DNA of 32,000 bases, taken from Pasteurella multocida (GTDB taxonomy: Bacteria > Pseudomonadota > Gammaproteobacteria > Enterobacterales > Pasteurellaceae). The stretch is taken from assembly GCF_900187275.1 (NCBI RefSeq), contig NZ_LT906458.1:210001-242000 (forward strand), read 5' to 3'. The notes beneath the pieces were generated by a model, which saw only the letters and a program-made list of their open reading frames with translations, was not told where the DNA came from and ran no database searches. Position 1 is the first letter of the stretch; every line of letters starts with the position of its first letter. Position numbers and translations under genes: made by a program. Shown here one piece after another: positions 26,025-32,000 of this stretch.

Positions 26025-26501
26025 TTAGTATTGTGTGAAACGATAAATAATCTGATTAGCAGAACCGCGCCATACAAGGCTTGGATCCGCTTTATCCTGT
26101 TCAAACTTACCATCAATTAAGACATCAATATAAGGCAGTATTTGCCGTTGTAATGTATCGGCTTTGAGCTCTGCTAAGGTATAACCCGTCCAGACCCAAA
26201 GATCTTTATCAGGACATTCGTGTTTGACTCGTTTGACAAAGGGAAGAAGTACCGCCAGATTACGTGGATGGAGCGGATCACCACCTGTTAAGGTTAATCC
26301 TTGGCGTTTAATACGGGTATCTTTGAGATCTTGAAGGATTTGTGCTTCCATTTTTTCATCGAATGGAAGGCCAGCACAAAAAGACCAACTTTTTTTGTTG
26401 TAGCAACCTCGGCAAGCATGCGTACAGCCACTGACAAAAAGTGTACACCTTGTTCCTTCTCCATTCACGATGTCAGTAGGATAATATTGGACGTAATTCA
26501 T
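26025..26501 (-). CDS. nrdG: Anaerobic ribonucleoside-triphosphate reductase activating protein (radical SAM)
   Basis: From the ATG at 26501, MNYVQYYPTDIVNGEGTRCTLFVSGCTHACRGCYNK aligns residue for residue with the E. coli NrdG N-terminus (MNYHQYYPVDIVNGPGTRCTLFVSGCVHECPGCYNK). The 16-codon extension in the track (to 26549) is probably not translated. Confidence 0.93.
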   Translation of the reverse strand: MNYVQYYPTDIVNGEGTRCTLFVSGCTHACRGCYNKKSWSFCAGLPFDEKMEAQILQDLKDTRIKRQGLTLTGGDPLHPRNLAVLLPFVKRVKHECPDKDLWVWTGYTLAELKADTLQRQILPYIDVLIDGKFEQDKADPSLVWRGSANQIIYRFTQY

Positions 26502-26572
26502 AGCGGGCTTCACCGTGTTTATTTTCTGTGATACTGACGTCCGTGACATATGGTCAAGGACGTCGAACTGGC

Positions 26573-28714
26573 TTAGAGATGTTTTACTCTGCGCTTGACT
26601 TCTTCTTGTTTACCGGCATTAAATGGTCTGGCATCTGGACTGCCAAGATAGCCACAGACACGTCGGGTCACGGAGACTTTCTCACTGTCATGGTTACCAC
26701 ATTTCGGACAAGTAAACCCTTTACTTGTACATTCAAATTCACCACTGAAACCACATTCATAGCATTCATCAATCGGTGTATTGGTCCCATAGTAAGGCAC
26801 TCTGTCATAGCTATAATCCCAAACGTCCTCCAATGCTTTAAGGTTATGCTGAACATTTGGGTATTCACCATAGCAAATAAACCCGCCGCTTGCGAACGGT
26901 GGATAAGGCAATTCAAAATCTATCTTGTCATAAGGATTGACTTTTTTCTCTACGTCTAAGTGGTAGCTATTGGTATAGTAGCCTTTATCTGTGACACCTT
27001 CGATAAGCCCAAATTGCTTAGTATCCAAGCGGCAGAAACGGTCACAAAGGTTTTCACTTGGTGTGGAATATAGGCTGAAAGCATAGCCTGTTTCTTGTTT
27101 CCAACGTTGCACGGTCTCGTGTAAATATTCGACGATTTCAATCCCTTTTTGGCGGAGTTGTTCATCATCATAAATATGTTTATCGCCGTAGAGAGCATTG
27201 ATTGTTTCATGGATACCAATATAGCCTAACGAAATAGAGGCACGCCCATTTTTAAAGATTTGTGCCACATTGTCATCAGCCTTTAAGCGTACACCACAAG
27301 CGCCCTCCATATAAAGAATTGGGGCAACGCGAGCTTTGGTATGTTCTAAACGTGCAATGCGTGTCATTAAGGCTTTTTTGGCAATCGCAAGACGTTGATC
27401 TAAAATTTTATAAAACTTGACCGCTCTTTGAGCTGAATTCGTGGCGTTGGCTTCAATTGCAATACGCGGTAAATTCAAACTCACTACGCCTAAGTTATTA
27501 CGTCCATCATGGATTTCCTGTCCTTGCTCCTGATAGGCGCCTAAGAAACTACGGCATCCCATTGGTGCTTTAAAAGAACCCGTGACTTTCACCACTTGGT
27601 CATAATTGAGAATATCAGGATACATCCGTTTGGAGGCACATTCTAAAGCCAGTTGTTTAATGTCGTAGTTAGGATCACTAGGGCTATGGTTAATGCCTTT
27701 TTTAATGGTAAACACCAGTTTTGGGAAGACAGGGGTTTTGTGATTTTTGCCTAAACCACGAATACGATTTTTCAGAATTGAGCGCTGGATAAGTTTCGAT
27801 TGCCACGTCGTCCCTAAGCCAAAGCCAAAAGTGACAAAAGGGGTTTGCCCATTTGAAGTATGCAGCGTATTGACTTCATATTCTAAGGATTGAAAAGCGT
27901 CGAAACATTCTTTTTCAATGAGTGCTTTTGCATAGGCTTCTGGTTCAGGAACTTTCCACTCCGCTGCAGTTTTTAAATGTTTTTCATAACTTAATTGCAC
28001 ATAGGGAGCAAGGATTTCATCTATACGGTTAATCGTGGTACCACCGTAAATATGGCTCGCGACTTGTGCGATAATTTGTGCACTGACTGCGGTTGCTGTT
28101 GTGATCGATTTTGGTGGTTCAATTTCGGCATTACCCATTTTGAAACCATTACTTAGCATACCTTTGAGATCGACAAGCATACAGTTAAACATTGGGAAAA
28201 ATGGGGCATAGTCTAAATCGTGATAATGAATTTCCCCTTTTTCATGTGCGTCCACGACATCGCGTGGCAGAATATAACGTTTAGCGTAATGTTTTGCCAC
28301 AATACCCGCTAAGAGATCGCGTTGAGTTGGGATAACTTTCGCATCTTTATTGGCATTTTCATTGAGGAGTTCAACATTACTTTGCTGAATTAACCCTTCG
28401 ATTTCTTTTGTGAGTTGACTGCGTTTTTCTCGCGCAAGATCCCGATCATGGCGGTATTCGATATAAGCTCGCGCTATTTCAGGGTATTTTCCCGCCATTA
28501 AGGTATTTTCTACGATTTTTTGAATGTGGCTGATATCAATTTCTTGTTGGTAACGGGTAAAGATGTCATTACATACCTGCTGTCCCATTGTATGACAATA
28601 GCGTTCATCTTCAATATTCACTGCTTGTGCCGCTTTTTTAATTGCATTAATAATACGTTGGATTTCAAACCCCGTTCGTGAACCATCGCGTTTAATTACA
28701 AAGAAAGTTGCCAT
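26573..28714 (-). CDS. nrdD: Anaerobic ribonucleoside-triphosphate reductase (class III)
   Basis: 713 aa with an N-terminal ATP-cone (VIKRDGS...F....I), a C-terminal Cys-rich zinc ribbon (CYECGF...CPKCGN) and the glycyl-radical motif RRVCGYLG. Confidence 0.96.
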   Translation of the reverse strand: MATFFVIKRDGSRTGFEIQRIINAIKKAAQAVNIEDERYCHTMGQQVCNDIFTRYQQEIDISHIQKIVENTLMAGKYPEIARAYIEYRHDRDLAREKRSQLTKEIEGLIQQSNVELLNENANKDAKVIPTQRDLLAGIVAKHYAKRYILPRDVVDAHEKGEIHYHDLDYAPFFPMFNCMLVDLKGMLSNGFKMGNAEIEPPKSITTATAVSAQIIAQVASHIYGGTTINRIDEILAPYVQLSYEKHLKTAAEWKVPEPEAYAKALIEKECFDAFQSLEYEVNTLHTSNGQTPFVTFGFGLGTTWQSKLIQRSILKNRIRGLGKNHKTPVFPKLVFTIKKGINHSPSDPNYDIKQLALECASKRMYPDILNYDQVVKVTGSFKAPMGCRSFLGAYQEQGQEIHDGRNNLGVVSLNLPRIAIEANATNSAQRAVKFYKILDQRLAIAKKALMTRIARLEHTKARVAPILYMEGACGVRLKADDNVAQIFKNGRASISLGYIGIHETINALYGDKHIYDDEQLRQKGIEIVEYLHETVQRWKQETGYAFSLYSTPSENLCDRFCRLDTKQFGLIEGVTDKGYYTNSYHLDVEKKVNPYDKIDFELPYPPFASGGFICYGEYPNVQHNLKALEDVWDYSYDRVPYYGTNTPIDECYECGFSGEFECTSKGFTCPKCGNHDSEKVSVTRRVCGYLGSPDARPFNAGKQEEVKRRVKHL

Positions 28715-28754
28715 TTTTTCACCCTATTTTATCTATATGACCCAAAGAACGAGG

Positions 28755-28770
28755 ATACTATATATAGTTA
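28755..28770. promoter_or_regulatory. NrdR box 1 (promoter-proximal)
   Basis: ATACTATATATAGTTA matches the NrdR-box palindrome ACACTATATATAGTGT at 13 of 16 positions. It overlaps the predicted -10 of nrdD. Confidence 0.65.
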
Positions 28771-28785
28771 AAATTTTATTTTCAA
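28757..28785 (-). promoter_or_regulatory. Candidate sigma70 promoter of nrdDG
   Basis: On the minus strand: TTGAAA (28785-28780), a 17-nt spacer, then TATAGT (28762-28757). This predicts a leader of about 36 nt to the nrdD ATG. Confidence 0.55.
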
Positions 28786-28801
28786 CCACAAGATATAGTG
28801 T
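28786..28801. promoter_or_regulatory. NrdR box 2 (distal)
   Basis: CCACAAGATATAGTGT matches at 13 of 16 positions. Its start is exactly 31 bp from the start of box 1, the characteristic tandem spacing. It abuts the predicted -35. Confidence 0.6.
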
Positions 28802-28916
28802 TTTTTGTGTTCGTTTAAGGATGAAAAGGCGACGATATTCTCCCTTACTGATTGGTTTTATTAAGAAAATTTCTATTTCATATTGAGTGTTATTCTCAAT
28901 AATTTTTTGTAAAAAT

Positions 28917-28930
28917 GTGATCTAGATCAA
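28917..28930. promoter_or_regulatory. CRP/FNR-family palindromic site upstream of nrdD
   Basis: GTGAT-CTAG-ATCAA differs from the FNR consensus TTGAT-N4-ATCAA at one position. The wider string aaaTGTGATCTAGATCAat also matches the left half and spacer of the CRP consensus. It lies about 30 bp after the peroxidase terminator and about 205 bp upstream of the nrdD ATG. Confidence 0.5.
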
Positions 28931-28960
28931 TAAAAGTCGGAATAAAGTCCCTGTTGGGCA

Positions 28961-28992
28961 AGAAAAAAGACCTAGCACGTGCCAGGTCTTTG
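28961..28992 (-). terminator. Rho-independent terminator of the peroxidase gene
   Basis: Stem agacct (28968-28973) / aggtct (28984-28989), with an inner gc/gc extension. On the minus strand a T6 run follows (plus-strand A-run at 28962-28967). Confidence 0.75.
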
Positions 28993-29016
28993 GTTTGATG
29001 AGTACAACGTAAGCCT

Positions 29017-30423
29017 TTACTGATTTTCTTTGGTTAATAACTTGCCTTGATATTCACCGGTGAGTGATTCTAAGAATGCACTGATATCTTCTACATCTTT
29101 GGTCGGTAACGTTTTACCACTTTGATAATGTAACATAATACGCACGGCTTCTTTGAGATCCGATGTGCGAGCATCGTGCATATATGGTGCAGTCAGAGCA
29201 ATATTACGTAGAGTCGGTACCTTAAATTTATGCATATCAGCAGGATCTTGGGTATGTGCAAAGCGTCCTTGATCAGCTTCTGTTATCGGTGTGCCTCTGG
29301 CGGCAAAGTAATCATCAAATAAGCCCATGTATTCAAAGGATTGCCCACCCATTGCGACGCCAACATGGCAAGTATCGCATTTGTGCTGTTTGAAGAGCTC
29401 ATAACCACGTATTTGTGCGGCTGTGAGTGCATTTTGTTCGCCTTTCAAATAACGGTCAAATGCGCTGTTTGGTGTGATCAATGTTTTTTCAAATTCCGCA
29501 ATGGCGTGTGTAATTGTGGCTTCATTAATCGCAGGATAAACGGCTAAGAACTTGGCTTTAAATGCTTCATCTTGTTCGAATTTAGCGATAATTTCTTCCC
29601 AATTCTTAGAGCCCATTTCAACTGGGTTGAGAGGAGGACCGCCGGCTTGTTCAGCGAGATCTTTTGCTCGTCCATCCCAGAATTGTAAAATATTGAAAAC
29701 GGAGTTATACACTGTTGGGGCATTAATTCCTCCCTTGAGACCATCAATACCGACAGAAACATCTAGACCATCTACACCACCATTTTTCAACTGATGGCAA
29801 GTATGACATTGGATTGTACCATCACCTGAAAGACGTCCATCGTGGTATAGCATGTCACCCAATGCGACTTTCAGTGGATCCGTTGCTACACTATCAGGAA
29901 TCGGTTGGACTAAACGCGTTGGGTCTGTACCTTGTGTATTTGCCGGTAGAAAATGATTCTGGCGTTGCTCACGTATCCAATTTAATAGCGTTGTTTTTTC
30001 CTCTAAATCAGGACGTGATCCCCAGTGTAAATGCACAAATTTTGCGACAGGCATTTCATCATTAATCAGAACTTGTTCTAATTTAGCGAGGCTGACTTCA
30101 GACAATTTAGTAGGATCTTTTAACCCATCAAGAATCTCATTTAACAAAAAGACACGTGTGCCTTTTTTAATATCTTCTTGCATAATGCTTTCTGCCACTG
30201 GAAACTTAGCATAGAAAGGCAACTCTGCATTAGTACTATGACAATATTGACAGCCATTGTCATACAAGATTTTTGCCACTTGCTGTGCTTGCCCACTTAG
30301 TGGCGTTTGCGATAGCAGTTTAGCGGATTGTTCTTTATCAAAGATATGAACATAACCAACTGTGCCTAAAAAGCTGGCGACTGCAATGGCAACAACGGAA
30401 AAGAATAGATTTTTAACTCTCAT
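29017..30423 (-). CDS. ccp: Membrane-anchored triheme cytochrome c peroxidase / quinol peroxidase (E. coli YhjA/Ccp, Aggregatibacter QPO type)
   Basis: It has an N-terminal TM helix (FFSVVAIAVASFLGTVGYV) and three CXXCH haem-c motifs (CQYCH, CHTCH, CDTCH). Bacterial CCP blocks are present: FWDGR, GPPLNPVEM, KVPTLRN, APYMHD. It is 468 aa. Confidence 0.88.
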   Translation of the reverse strand: MRVKNLFFSVVAIAVASFLGTVGYVHIFDKEQSAKLLSQTPLSGQAQQVAKILYDNGCQYCHSTNAELPFYAKFPVAESIMQEDIKKGTRVFLLNEILDGLKDPTKLSEVSLAKLEQVLINDEMPVAKFVHLHWGSRPDLEEKTTLLNWIREQRQNHFLPANTQGTDPTRLVQPIPDSVATDPLKVALGDMLYHDGRLSGDGTIQCHTCHQLKNGGVDGLDVSVGIDGLKGGINAPTVYNSVFNILQFWDGRAKDLAEQAGGPPLNPVEMGSKNWEEIIAKFEQDEAFKAKFLAVYPAINEATITHAIAEFEKTLITPNSAFDRYLKGEQNALTAAQIRGYELFKQHKCDTCHVGVAMGGQSFEYMGLFDDYFAARGTPITEADQGRFAHTQDPADMHKFKVPTLRNIALTAPYMHDARTSDLKEAVRIMLHYQSGKTLPTKDVEDISAFLESLTGEYQGKLLTKENQ

Positions 30424-30483
30424 AGATCATCACTCCTTATTGGTTAGGCATCAGCATATTAACACTACAAACAATAAGGATTT

Positions 30484-30497
30484 TTGATCTAGGATAA
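30484..30497. promoter_or_regulatory. Candidate FNR-type half-site promoter element upstream of the peroxidase gene
   Basis: TTGAT-CTAG-GATAA has one perfect FNR half-site and one poor one. A TAATAT -10-like hexamer (minus strand, 30461-30456) lies exactly 22 nt from the site edge. That is class II (-41.5) geometry. Confidence 0.35.
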
Positions 30498-30505
30498 TAA
30501 ATTTA

Positions 30506-30542
30506 ATTCGTTAAATCTATTTAATTAATAGTTTAAATCTAT
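30506..30542. promoter_or_regulatory. Candidate OxyR-type site (ATAG/CTAT elements at 7-nt spacings)
   Basis: attc-N7-CTAT(30517-30520)-N7-ATAG(30528-30531)-N7-CTAT(30539-30542). Three of the four tetranucleotide elements of the OxyR pattern ATAG-N7-CTAT-N7-ATAG-N7-CTAT are perfect and correctly spaced. The background is AT-rich, so a chance match is possible. Confidence 0.3.
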
Positions 30543-30560
30543 TGATTTGGAGGGGAGATG

Positions 30561-30591
30561 AAAATGGAAAGCTGATTTCGCTTTCCATTTT
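30561..30591 (-). terminator. Probable terminator after purA
   Basis: Stem atggaaagc (30564-30572) / gctttccat (30580-30588), with short A and T runs on both sides (only T4). Confidence 0.5.
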
Positions 30592-30612
30592 GATATGATA
30601 ATAGGGTGTCAA

Positions 30613-31959
<1,347 letters not shown>

Positions 31960-32000
31960 TTACTTTACTATTTTCTTACATTAATCTCAATGTAATTTAC

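Noticed and set aside
26528-26959. 143-aa plus-strand ORF
   Set aside because: It lies entirely antisense to the highly conserved nrdG/nrdD coding sequence. It has no recognisable motifs or SD. It is a typical shadow ORF.
28882-28900. Inverted repeat attgag-N7-ctcaat as a second FNR site for nrdD
   Set aside because: The half-sites resemble TTGAT/ATCAA, but the spacer is 7 nt instead of 4, which is incompatible with FNR/CRP-family dimer spacing.

Overview
This window looks like ordinary core chromosome of a Pasteurellaceae bacterium. It is AT-rich and carries 11 perfect Hin-type uptake signal sequence cores (AAGTGCGGT), which points to the Haemophilus/Aggregatibacter/Pasteurella subclade. 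The local gene neighbourhoods match well-known gamma-proteobacterial ones. Gene order is: pal 3' end, 3 tandem tRNA-Lys(UUU), the competence minor-pilin operon comNOPQ (PpdA/PpdB/YgdB/PpdC-like) with a CRP-S-type site, recC, then rimI and holD on the minus strand. Next come rsmC and a minus-strand afu ABC-transporter operon with three tandem AfuA binding-protein paralogues plus afuB and afuC. These are followed by udk-dcd-(short asmA-like)-sotB, tRNA-Ser(GGA) on the minus strand, dauA-eda, and a DUF533/YebE-like gene. The last part holds cysS (minus), ppiB plus a signal-peptide-bearing cyclophilin paralogue, yjjV (TatD family), a small uncertain ORF, and four minus-strand genes: nrdG, nrdD, a triheme cytochrome c/quinol peroxidase, and purA. 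I see no integrase, transposase, CRISPR array, toxin-antitoxin pair, defence-type genes or large unexplained gap, so I cannot support a claim of a novel system here. The leads worth a second look are modest. They are the triplicated AfuA paralogues behind a near-consensus CRP site with no Fur box, a PpiB-type cyclophilin with a signal peptide placed behind a terminator, and the predicted regulatory layout around the peroxidase and nrdDG (FNR/CRP-like, OxyR-like and tandem NrdR boxes). The degenerate prepilin motifs of the com minor pilins are a further lead. All regulatory sites are motif matches made by eye and are untested.
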